This document shows, piece by piece, positions 9,868 to 20,600 of a stretch of 64,000 nt of DNA. This DNA is from an uncultured delta proteobacterium (GTDB taxonomy: Bacteria; Myxococcota_A; Polyangia; Palsa-1104), in NCBI GenBank assembly GCA_963785725.1, contig CAWAWS010000024.1, positions 64,001-128,000 on the forward strand, in the 5' to 3' direction. Both the position numbers and the translations under genes were made by a program. The notes beneath the pieces were generated by a model. It did no database searches. It was not told the DNA's origin and worked only from the letters and a program-made list of their open reading frames with translations. Each line of letters starts with the position of its first letter. The first letter of the stretch is position 1.

Positions 9868-12362
9868 TGCGCACCTCCGCCGCCGAAGAGGCGCTCTTTG
9901 ACGTCGATCCATTCCGTCAGCTTCGGCGCGTGCGCACCGCACGTGCGCGCCTGTTTGTAGAGCTCGAGCGCCTTGCGCGAGTCGCCCTGGCGGTCGCGCA
10001 GGATGCCCAAGTTGAGCCGCGCTTCACACGGCCGCGTTCCGAGCGCGTCGAACGTGCGCTCGGCAGACGGCGTCTTGCCCGAGAACAGATCGATGACCGC
10101 CATGTTGTGCTCGAGATCGCGGCGATCGCCCTTCGCTTGCACCTTCGACGCGCTCGCCAGGTAGACGCCGGCGCGCTTCTCGTCCGAGCGCTGATAGTAG
10201 TCGTACGCGAGCAGCTCGTAGCCCGAGCGCAACAGCTGACGCATCCACTCGGCCGTGCCGCCGGTCGCCTTCGCCGTCAGCTGGCCGAACAGCTTGACCG
10301 CGCCTTCGCGCCTTTGCGGGCTGCCGCTGTCGCGATATTGCGTGTAGGCGACGAAGAACTTCGTGCCCAGCTTGTCGTACGGCGGCCGGAACGCGCAGGC
10401 GTTGTCGCCGCCCGACTTGATCGCCGTATCCCACGCGTCCTCGGCCTGCGTGATCTTGCCGACCTTCAACGCCGCCAGCGCCTCGCCGCACGACACCGTC
10501 GCCATCTCGCGGCCGTTCAAGACGCCGCGCGGCGCTTTGGCCGCCGCCATCAAGTCGTCGAGCGCGCCGTCGGTCTGCTTGGGATCGCGCAGACGCACGA
10601 GCGCGCGCTTGAAGTAGGCGATCGTCAGGTTGCGCTGCGCCGTCGGCAACAGCGACGACGTGCCCGCCTCTTTGACCGCCGTCTCCAGCACCGTCACCGC
10701 CTGATCGATCTTGTCGCTGTCGAGATAGAGCGGCCCGAGCTCGGTGTAAATCGCCGCCAAGTCCGGCCCGCGCGAGCGCAGCGCCATCTGCGCCGCCTTC
10801 TCGTAGGCGACGACCGCCGCCGTATTTTTGTGCTGCATGAGGAGCGCGCGCGCCAACATGCGATTGAGCACCATGTCGTTGGGGACCTTCTTGAGCGACT
10901 TCTGCAGCACCGTCTCCGACTCGCTGTACTTCTTGGCCAACAACAGCACGAGCCCGAGGTTGCGATTGGTCATCAGATCTTCCGGCGTCAGCCGAATCGC
11001 ATCCGACAGCTGCTGATAGGCCAAGCCCGTCTCGCCCTTGTCGACGGCGACGCCGGCGCGACGGTTGAGCACCTTGACGAGCCCGGCGCGCGCGACGCCG
11101 CTGTTGGGATCGAGGTTCAACGCCGCCTGCAGCGTCGTCGTCGCGCGCTCGTCGTTGCCGGCCAAGAAGTAGACCTGACCGGCCGTCGCCAGCGCTTTGG
11201 CATCGCGCGTCAACGACGACAGCTCGTCGGCCATCGCGTTCAGCTTGTCGCGCGGCGCGTGAATCGCCGCGTAGGCCTCGGCCAACGCGCCCAAGATTTC
11301 CGGATCGCGCGGTTGCCCCGCCGCTTTGGCGCTCGCCGACGCCTGCTCGAGGTAGGTGATCGCCGCCTGATAATTCTTCGTCGCCAAGTAGATGCGGCCG
11401 ATCTTGCCCTTGATGGTGCCGTTGTTGGCATCGAGCCGCTCGGCCGCCTGACACTCGGTCAAGGAGCGGGTGAAGTTCTTCTGCTCGTACAAGGCGTCGC
11501 ACAGAAGGACGTGGCCCTTGCCGTCTTGCGGCTTGGCTTTGACGTAGAGGTCGGCTTCACGCAGCGCGTCGGCATCGCGGCGCTCGCGCAGATAACAGGT
11601 GCCGAGGTTGTAGTAGATGCTCGGCTGCCGCACCGCTTCGCCGAGGATGCGCTCGTAGAGCGAGATGGCCTGGCTACAGGCGTTCTTGCCGACGAACACC
11701 GAGCCCAACATCAGCTTGGCCGTCATGTCGTTCGGCTTCGTCTTCAAGAGCGCCTCGAACTCGCGCTGCGCCGCCTCCCAATCCTTCGCGTAGATGTAAG
11801 CGGTGCCGAGGCGCTCGTGCACTTGCGGATCTTGGCTGGCCGCGGCCGGCGGACGATTCTTCAGGTACTGCTCGAGCGCCGCCGCCGCGCGCTTCGGCTC
11901 GGTCTTGACCAAGAACTGTCCGAGCTGCAGCTGCGCCGCGTACGACTCCGGCCGCTGCGCGACGACCTCTTCGAGCAGCCGAATCGACTCCGCCGGCGGC
12001 GGGTTCGCCGTCTTGTAGAGCGCGAGCCCCAGCGTTTCGCGCACGTCGGGGTCGGACTGATCGGGCGCTTTTCGCAGCTCGGTGATCGCCTCGGCGTACT
12101 TCTTCTTGCCGTAGAGGATCGCGGCCAAGCGCCAATAGGCGTCGTTGAGCTTGGGATCGAGGCTGATGGCCTCGCGGAACTTGGCCTCGGCGGTCGCGAA
12201 GTCGTCGCTCTCGAGCGCTTTACGTCCGTCGTTGAGCGCCTGTTGTCCCGGTGAGTCGGAGCCGCTGCGACCGCCCGCCTGCGCCGCCGCCCGACCCGCG
12301 AAGCCACCCGCCAGCACCATCGAAAGGCCAACCGCCAGCGCGGTCAGACGCAGCGCCTTCAT
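9864..12362 (-). CDS. Exported tetratricopeptide-repeat protein (832 aa)
   Basis: Signal peptide and many TPR motifs (AYWRLAAIL, IYYNLGTCY, ARLNLGIL). Confidence 0.9.
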   Translation of the reverse strand: MKALRLTALAVGLSMVLAGGFAGRAAAQAGGRSGSDSPGQQALNDGRKALESDDFATAEAKFREAISLDPKLNDAYWRLAAILYGKKKYAEAITELRKAPDQSDPDVRETLGLALYKTANPPPAESIRLLEEVVAQRPESYAAQLQLGQFLVKTEPKRAAAALEQYLKNRPPAAASQDPQVHERLGTAYIYAKDWEAAQREFEALLKTKPNDMTAKLMLGSVFVGKNACSQAISLYERILGEAVRQPSIYYNLGTCYLRERRDADALREADLYVKAKPQDGKGHVLLCDALYEQKNFTRSLTECQAAERLDANNGTIKGKIGRIYLATKNYQAAITYLEQASASAKAAGQPRDPEILGALAEAYAAIHAPRDKLNAMADELSSLTRDAKALATAGQVYFLAGNDERATTTLQAALNLDPNSGVARAGLVKVLNRRAGVAVDKGETGLAYQQLSDAIRLTPEDLMTNRNLGLVLLLAKKYSESETVLQKSLKKVPNDMVLNRMLARALLMQHKNTAAVVAYEKAAQMALRSRGPDLAAIYTELGPLYLDSDKIDQAVTVLETAVKEAGTSSLLPTAQRNLTIAYFKRALVRLRDPKQTDGALDDLMAAAKAPRGVLNGREMATVSCGEALAALKVGKITQAEDAWDTAIKSGGDNACAFRPPYDKLGTKFFVAYTQYRDSGSPQRREGAVKLFGQLTAKATGGTAEWMRQLLRSGYELLAYDYYQRSDEKRAGVYLASASKVQAKGDRRDLEHNMAVIDLFSGKTPSAERTFDALGTRPCEARLNLGILRDRQGDSRKALELYKQARTCGAHAPKLTEWIDVKERLFGGGGAQ

Positions 12363-13947
12363 TACGATGCAATCCGCGCGAAGACCATCGTGATGTCGTC
12401 TTTGCGCGCGCGCTCGCCGAAGAACGCGCCGGCCGCGCCGACGACGCTCTCGCGCATCTGCACCGGCTCGAGATCGGCGGCGCGACGAATGGCGGCGCGG
12501 AAGCGCTTCTCGCCATACTCCTCGCCGCGATCGTTCTCACACTCGACGATGCCGTCCGTGTACCAGACGAGGATGTCGTTGGGCTGCAGCTGGTGCACCT
12601 TCTCGGCGTACGTCGACTCCTCGAGGTCGCCCAAGCGATTGCCGCGCGACATGAGCACCTGGAAGTCGTTGCCTTCGCCGACGCTCGGCCGGAACAGGTA
12701 CGGGAAGTTGTGGCCGGCGTTGGCGTAGGTGATCGTGCCCTTCTTCGGATCGAAGATCGACGCGAAGCAGGTCATGACGAACTTGCGCTTGGCGCTCTCG
12801 AAGATGGCGCGGTTCATGACCTCGAGGAGGCGCGTGACCGTGAGCTGATTGCCCTCGGTGGCGCGCACGACGTCGCAGGCCGCCTTCGCCGCCGCGGTGA
12901 TCATCGCCGACGGCACGCCGTGGCCGGTGACGTCGCCGATGACGACGAGCACGCGCCCGTCCGGCATGTCGTGCATAGGTCCACCAATCGCCGCCGCACT
13001 GCGACGCGGGCAAGAAGTAGCCGGCCAGCCGCACGAAGCTGCGCTCGACCAGATCGCCCGGCGGAACCAGCGTCTCCTGAATCGTGCGCGCGACCTCGAG
13101 CTCCTTCTCCAGCGTCGCCTTCTCGGCCGTCTCACGCATGAGGATCAGCAGTCGATCGGCCATGTAGTTGAAGTTCTCGCCGAGCATGCCGATCTCGTCG
13201 CCCGACGAAATCTCGCACGCGCGTGTCGAGATCGCCGCGCGCGATCTGATCGGCGCGCCACGCCAGCATCTTGATCGGCCGCGAGATTCGTAGGCCCTGG
13301 AAGATCGACAGCGCCGTGCCGACGAGCACGAAGAAGAGCCCGACCAGCGCCGTGCGCACCCACGCCGCCTGGAACGCCGCTTCTTTCTCGGCGTCGAGCC
13401 GGCGCAGCGTCGAGTCGAGCAGCGTCTGCGAGTAGGCGAGCACGACGGTGCCTTGGCGCACGCCGTCCTGAATGACCGGGCGCGAGAAGACGTACTGCTT
13501 ACCGTTGGCGCTCTGCACCTCGCGCGTGACCGCGTCCTTGGCGGCGAGCATGTCCTTCGCCGCCGGATCGGTCATGGGTTTACCGAGCATCGCCTTGTCC
13601 GAGTGCGCGATGACCATGCCGTCCTTATCGGCGACATAGACGTACGCGACCTCCGGATCGCCGTTGGCGATGTCGGGCACGAAGCTCTGCAGCGTCGTGA
13701 AGTCGTTCTGGACGATAGCGGTGCGGCTCGCCTGCACGAGATCCTTGGTCTGGACCGTGCCGCGCTTCTGCAGCGACGTCTTGAACGCGTCACTTTGACG
13801 CAGCGCCTGCTCGTCGAATACCCGACTGGTGTTGACGATGTTCAATATTCCGAACAGCGCAACGATCATGAGGATGAGCAGCGTAGACGTGGCGATCATC
13901 TTTACGCTGATCGAGGCTCCCCGGCGTTTCTCCATGAGCTCGCGCAC
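12362..13947 (-). CDS. Membrane PP2C/SpoIIE (RsbU-like) phosphatase, TM-Cache-TM-HAMP-SpoIIE (apparent frameshifts ~13216, ~12974)
   Basis: ELEVARTIQETL, CGGDWW, IGDVTGHGVPSA, YANAGH, YTDGIVE, DDIT across three consecutive ORF fragments. Confidence 0.92.
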
Positions 13948-14048
13948 TCCCCTGTAATGACTGTAAAGAAGGGCACGAACACCCTTCCAAGTTCGCCAAG
14001 TTTACAGGGACTTGTCGCGACCGTCAATTGCGCTTATGATCGACGGTC

Positions 14049-14591
14049 GTGAGCGCCCTCGACAACTTCCTCTCCCAGTTCAAGCAGTTCAGCGACGTCA
14101 TCATCGACAGCTATTTCGTCTGCGATCACGAGCGGAACATCGTCGACTTCAACCGCGCATTCTTTTCCCTTTTGCCGCGCAACATCGCCCGCGGCTTGAA
14201 GGGCAAGAAGTGTTACGAGGTGCTCGCGCTCAACATCTGCCAGGACCGCTGCATCGCGCAGCAGTGCTGGACCGACAAGAAGTCGGTGCGCCTCGACGAG
14301 ATCGACGGCCGTCCGGCGGGCTCGGAGAAGCCGATGCGCTTCATCTTGTCGGCGATCCCGATCCTCGACGAAGCCGGCAATCCGGTGGGCGCGCTCGAGA
14401 TCCAGCGCGACGTCACCGACGAGGCGGTCGTGCAGGTCAAGTATCAGGACATGCTCGACAACGAAGCGCGCGAGCGCGAGCGGCTGGCGGCGCAGATTCG
14501 CTCGCGCACCAAAGAGCTGCTGGAGACGAACCAGACGCTGTTGCGCGTGCAAAAAGAGCTGCTCTCGTACAAAAAAGGCCTCAGCGTCTAA
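14049..14591 (+). CDS. Stand-alone Cys-rich PAS + coiled-coil protein
   Basis: [30 protein letters not shown] then a heptad helix. Paralogous to the N-terminus of 7032..8327. Confidence 0.85.
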   Translation: MSALDNFLSQFKQFSDVIIDSYFVCDHERNIVDFNRAFFSLLPRNIARGLKGKKCYEVLALNICQDRCIAQQCWTDKKSVRLDEIDGRPAGSEKPMRFILSAIPILDEAGNPVGALEIQRDVTDEAVVQVKYQDMLDNEARERERLAAQIRSRTKELLETNQTLLRVQKELLSYKKGLSV

Positions 14592-14597
14592 GCATTC

Positions 14598-16337
14598 TTG
14601 GGCCGCGTCGTGCGCAGCGCGCGGTCCGGTTTTCTCGCAGTCTTCGTCGCCGCGTGTGCCGCGGCGCTCATCACGTTCCAGCCGACCCGCGATCCCGACA
14701 CCTGGTGGCACTTGGCGACGGGGCGGCTGGCGTTGGCGACGCGCTCGACGCTGCCGACCGATCCCTTCAGCTTCAGCTTTTACGGCGCGGCGTGGCGCTA
14801 CAAAGATCTCGTCGCCGATGGGCTGATCTGGCTCGCCTATCGCGGCGGCGGCTTCGTCGGGCTGTGGCTGGGCGCGGCCGTCGCGGGCGCGGCGATGGCG
14901 CTCGGCTGGCACCTCGTGACGCGGCGGACGCTGCCGATCCTGGTGGCGCTGGCGGTGACGCTGCCGCTGTTACCGTGGGCGATGCGGCCGAACCTCTTGT
15001 CGCTGGCGCTGTTCCCGACGCTGCTCGCGCTCATCCAGCGGCGCCGCTCGGCCCTGCCGCTCGTCGTCGTCAGCTGGCTGTGGATCATCCTGCATCGCGC
15101 GGCGCTGCTCGGCTACGTGCTGCTGCTCGCGCGGGCCGTGCAGCTCGGGTTGGCGCGGCTGTGCGCGCGTCGGCCGCGGCTGTCGCTCGTCGCCGGCGCG
15201 CCGCCGTCGTCGCGCGAGCTCGTCGAAGCGGCCATCGCCGCGGGGGTCGCGCCGCTCGTCGGCCTGCTGAATCCGGCGGGGCGCGCGGCGTTCACGAGCG
15301 CCGTCGACGTCGCCGGCAGCGCCGTCTTGCGCGTCTACATCGCCGAGTGGAAGCAGCTCGGTCTCGGCGCGCTCGCCAACTGGAGCGGCGCGCTCGGCGG
15401 CGTCGCGATCGCCGTCGTGGTCGTGCGCCTCGTCGTCGCCGTTCGCCGCCACGAGCGCGCGCCATTCGACAGCTGGCACCTCGGTTTACTGACGCTCTTC
15501 GCGGCGTTGTCGACGCAAAGTGTCCGCTGGCTCCCCTATCTGACGCTGGCGAGCGCGCTCGTGCTCGTCATCGCCATCGACGAAGTGGCGCCGCGTCTGC
15601 CGGGTCCGCGCGCGCTGGCGGCGACAATGCTGACGATCGTCATCATTGCCGCCGGCGCCGGCTGGGCGCGCCACGGCGCTGCGTTCGCGCTCGGTGAGGA
15701 GCGCGCGGTCGAGCCGGCCGACGCTCTCGACTTCGCGCGCGCCCATCGGCTCGACGGCCCACTCGTGCACTCCTACGAATTCGGCGGCTATCTGCTGTGG
15801 CGCGGCGTCCCCGTGCTCGTCGACGGCCGGCTCGATCAGCTCTACCCGCCCGCGTTCGTCGCCACCTGCATTCAGGCCGAGCGCAACCCGCGCTTCCTCG
15901 CGCAGCTGCCGCTCGAAAACGCCACCTGGGCCATCGGCTCCAACGGCGACGCGCGCTTCACCCATCGCTACCTCTTCGCCGACCCGCGCTGGATGATGGT
16001 CTACTGGAGCGACGCCGCGTCGGTCTACGTCGTGCGCGCGGCCCATCCCGAGCTCGCGTCGCTGGCGTTCGGCGCGATCGACCCGGCGGCGCCCGAGCGC
16101 TCGGCGGCCGAGGCGGCGCGCTCGGGCGACGCGGCGCGCATCGGCCAAGCGCTCGGCGAGCTGCGCCGCATGGTGACCGCGTCGCCGACGAGCATCCGCG
16201 CCAACTCCGCGCTCGCCATCCTGTTCCACGTGATCGGCCGCAGCGCCGAGCGCGACGTCGTCATGCGCGTCCTGCACGCCGTCGCGCCCGACCACCCCGC
16301 CATTCGCGAGCTCGACCGCCGCTTCGGCGCGCACTGA
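14598..16337 (+). CDS. Multi-pass membrane protein, possible GT-C-type glycosyltransferase-like
   Basis: About 10 hydrophobic segments, DPDTWWHLATG loop after TM1, RP motif, YEFGGYLLW..VDGR periplasmic domain. Confidence 0.7.
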   Translation: MGRVVRSARSGFLAVFVAACAAALITFQPTRDPDTWWHLATGRLALATRSTLPTDPFSFSFYGAAWRYKDLVADGLIWLAYRGGGFVGLWLGAAVAGAAMALGWHLVTRRTLPILVALAVTLPLLPWAMRPNLLSLALFPTLLALIQRRRSALPLVVVSWLWIILHRAALLGYVLLLARAVQLGLARLCARRPRLSLVAGAPPSSRELVEAAIAAGVAPLVGLLNPAGRAAFTSAVDVAGSAVLRVYIAEWKQLGLGALANWSGALGGVAIAVVVVRLVVAVRRHERAPFDSWHLGLLTLFAALSTQSVRWLPYLTLASALVLVIAIDEVAPRLPGPRALAATMLTIVIIAAGAGWARHGAAFALGEERAVEPADALDFARAHRLDGPLVHSYEFGGYLLWRGVPVLVDGRLDQLYPPAFVATCIQAERNPRFLAQLPLENATWAIGSNGDARFTHRYLFADPRWMMVYWSDAASVYVVRAAHPELASLAFGAIDPAAPERSAAEAARSGDAARIGQALGELRRMVTASPTSIRANSALAILFHVIGRSAERDVVMRVLHAVAPDHPAIRELDRRFGAH

Positions 16338-16463
16338 CCTCAACCGGCCGGCCACATTCGCCTGCCGAATGCTTCGATGGCGCTCGAAGCGTGGCCGCGC
16401 CGGCTTCGTTACCGCCGCGCTGCTCGAGCGGCTGATGGGCATCGCGGCCACCGCGGCGTCACC

Positions 16464-16481
16464 CTCTCCGCGCGCGGAGAG
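16464..16481. repeat. Perfect 18-bp palindrome (REP-like or terminator hairpin)
   Basis: CTCTCCGCGCGCGGAGAG is its own reverse complement and lies between convergent genes. Confidence 0.6.
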
Positions 16482-16528
16482 AAGTTCCTGACGAGCCTTC
16501 AGCTTCGTTGAAACAAAATTGACCGCCG

Positions 16529-16650
16529 GCAAAACGTCGCGAGCGGCCCAAGCGCAAGGCGGAGCGAGCACCGGCGCGCAGCGGGCTTCAAGCCCGTGAG
16601 CACCGGCGCGCAGCGACAACGCGGCGATTGGGCCGCTCGCGGCGTTTTGC
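16529..16650. mobile_element. 122-bp MITE-like palindromic element
   Basis: 23-bp terminal inverted repeats with 1 mismatch (GCAAAACGtCGCGAGCGGCCCAA / TTGGGCCGCTCGCGGCGTTTTGC). Internal direct repeat GAGCACCGGCGCGCAGCG x2 flanks the hairpin GGGCTTCAAGCCC. Confidence 0.6.
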
Positions 16651-17586
<936 letters not shown>

Positions 17587-17695
17587 CTTACTTCGTGGTT
17601 GAGTTTCTGTCCAGCCGACCCCGCCGCCAGGTAAGGGCTGCGGCTGCGGCTCGACATCATCGAATCTGGGTGGTCCATCGTCATCATTGAGCCGG

Positions 17696-20600
17696 TCATA
17701 AGCGTCCTGCCGGATCACCTAATGTAGATCGCAGCTCGTGATACGCATCGGACAAGAAGAACCTGACCAGCTCGGCGCCGCCGACCACTTGGCCGAGCGC
17801 GACCGCGCCGTCGGGTGACACGGCCAGCTCTTCGCCGCCGAGCCGCGCCAACATGCGCGCCGCCGCACCTACGTCGTCGCACGCGAGCAGACCGGCGCGG
17901 TCGGCCGCTTGACCGAGCGCGGCGAACCAGCCGTCGATCGACGTGCCGGGCGCGAGGCCTTGCAGCCGCTCGACCGCCTTGGCCGCCTTGCGCGGCAGCT
18001 GACGCACGAACTCTTGCACCTGCGGCTCGCGCTCGCTCTCGGGCTTGATGAGCTGATCGATGAGGTGCCCGACTTCGGCGCGATCGCTCGCGCGCAGCCG
18101 CGTGACCAGCGCGTAGCCGCCCCGCAGCGGCTCGAAGGCGCGACCGAGCAGGAAGCGGCGCTCGCCGTCGGGACGCTCGACGAACGACGCTTCGATGACC
18201 ACCGTCGGCTTGGGCGAGTCGAAGATGATGACGCCGCCCGGCACCTGCTCGGCCACGTACACGTCGGCGTTGACGCCGAACAGGCGCTGCGCGTCGACGA
18301 CGCAGACCTTGAAGCCGGGATCGGACACGGCCGACGCCGGCATCGCGTTCTGCACCATCGGCACGCCGTACGTGATCGTCGAGCGTCTCGCGCACGGCCG
18401 ACAGCGCCTCGGTGTACGAGCCGAGCACCGGCGGCGGCAACAGACGCGTGCGGCGCAGGTCGTCGGACAAGGAGCCGCGCTTGACGTTGGCGCGGAAGAC
18501 CGGCGGCCGATCGGTCGACTCGGCGTAACCGAGCAGCGACAGCATGGTGCCCACGCGCGCCGCGCGATCGAGATCGCCCGAGCGCTGATAGACCGACACC
18601 AGCAGTCGATAGGCCGGCGCGTGACGCAGATCGGAGCCGAGCACGAGCAAGAGCTCCTCGCGCGCCAGATTCAGCGTCGAGTCGGACATCGAGAGCAGCT
18701 CGGCGGCCGAGACGCGATCGTCGTGGCTCTCGGGCGCGCGCGACAGCACTTGGCGATAGGCGTCGATGGCGCGCGGCGTGTCGTCGACGGACACGAAGTA
18801 GCGCGCCATGCCGCGACGCAGCTGCAGCTCGACTTCGGAGCCGCGCGACTCGGCCACTTTGAGCGCCTCGTCCATGATGATCTGCGCTTGTCCGCGATCG
18901 CCCGCCGCTGCCGCGCGCCGCGCCAGCGACAATGCCGCCGGCGGATACGACGGATCGAGATCGATGGCGCGACGATAGGCGCGACCGGCGCCCGCGGAAT
19001 CGCCCGACGCCTCGGCGATGCGGCCGAGATAATCGTAATAACGCGCCAGCTCTTCCGGCGGCACCGTGCGGCCGGGCGCGGCCGCCAGCTGAATCAGCCG
19101 CTCGCAGGCGCGATGGGCTTCGCCGTAACGACCGAGCAGGTACAGCTCTTGCGCCAAACGATAATGCGCGTCGCGATGATCGGGATCTTCTTCGATCAGC
19201 TCCTCGAGCGTAATCGCCGAGCGCGCCGGATCCATCGCGCCGTCGCCGTAGATTTCCGAGAGGCGATAACGCGCCGCCGACTTCGCGGGCACGCTGTCGG
19301 AGCGACTGATGAACGCCTCGAGCACGACCGCGGCCGAGTCGAAGCGGCGCAATTTTTCGTGCAGCGACACGAGCGCGTCGATGATGCTGTATTCGTCGGA
19401 GCTGAGCCGCAGCGCCTCCAAATAGAGCTGCTCGGACTGCTCGATCTCGTACTCGCGCTCACGCAGCGAGCCTTGCGCGACGAGCACGCGCGCCAGCGAA
19501 TTGCCGGTGTCGCGCTTGCGATAGAGCTTCTCCAGCTCGCGGAAGGTGCCGATGAAGTCGTAAGCGTCGGGCGCGGTCTGGCACAGCGTCACCAGCTTCT
19601 CGAGCGCGTCGGTGTTTTCCGGCCGAATCTCGAGCGCGACCACCAAGCTCTCGGCCGCCGCCCGCAGATCGCCGGTCTTCTCGGCGACGACGGCCCGCTT
19701 GCGATAGAACTCCGAGCGCTCGACCGGATCGCCTTCGCGCGTCACCTTCTGCGTGAGGATGACGGCGATCGGCAGGGCGCGCGGGAACTCGCCGCGCGCG
19801 AAATAGAGCTCGAACAGCGCGCGATTGGCCGGCAGACACTCGCGATCGACCGTCAGCGCCGATTCGTAATACTGGATCGCGCGATCTTGGTCGCCGAGCT
19901 TGTCGCCGTAAATCTGGCCGATGTGCGCGAAGACGCCGGCGCGCTCTTTATCCTCGGTCCAGAGCTTGGCTTCGAGCTCCAACGTCTGAATGACGCGCGG
20001 CCAATCCTCTTTGCGCAGGTACAAGTCGCGCAAGCCGTGGACGGCCGGCAAGCACGAGGGCGACGTCTTGATGGCCGCGTCGTAATAGCGGATCGCGTCG
20101 TCTTCCTTGCCGAACTTCGACTCCATGACGGAGCCGCACTTGAAGTAGAGGATCGCCTTTTGCGCGCGATCGTTGACGATGCGGATCTGCCGCCGCGTCA
20201 CCTCGACCAGCTCGGCCCAACGCTCGGTGCCTTCGTACAAACGGCCGAGCGCCTCGATCGCCTCTTTGTGCGACGGCGCGATGTCGAGGATCTTGCGATA
20301 GCTCTCGATGGCGCGATCGGCGTCGCGCAAGCCCTCTTCGCACATCTGCGCGATGCGTAAGTAGAGCGCGATGGCCTCGTCGCCGCCGGCGGTGAGCGAC
20401 AGCCGCGTCGTCAAAATGCCGACGAGCTTCTCCCAGTCGCGCGTGCGCTCGTAATGGCGCTCGAGCGCGTCGAGCCCTTCGGAGTCGGTCGGATCGACCG
20501 AGTGCAGCCGCTGATAAATGCGCGCCGCTTCGACCGCGTCCTTCAGCTTCGCCGCCGCCACACGCGCCGCGCGCCGCAGAATCTCGACGCGCTTGACGTC

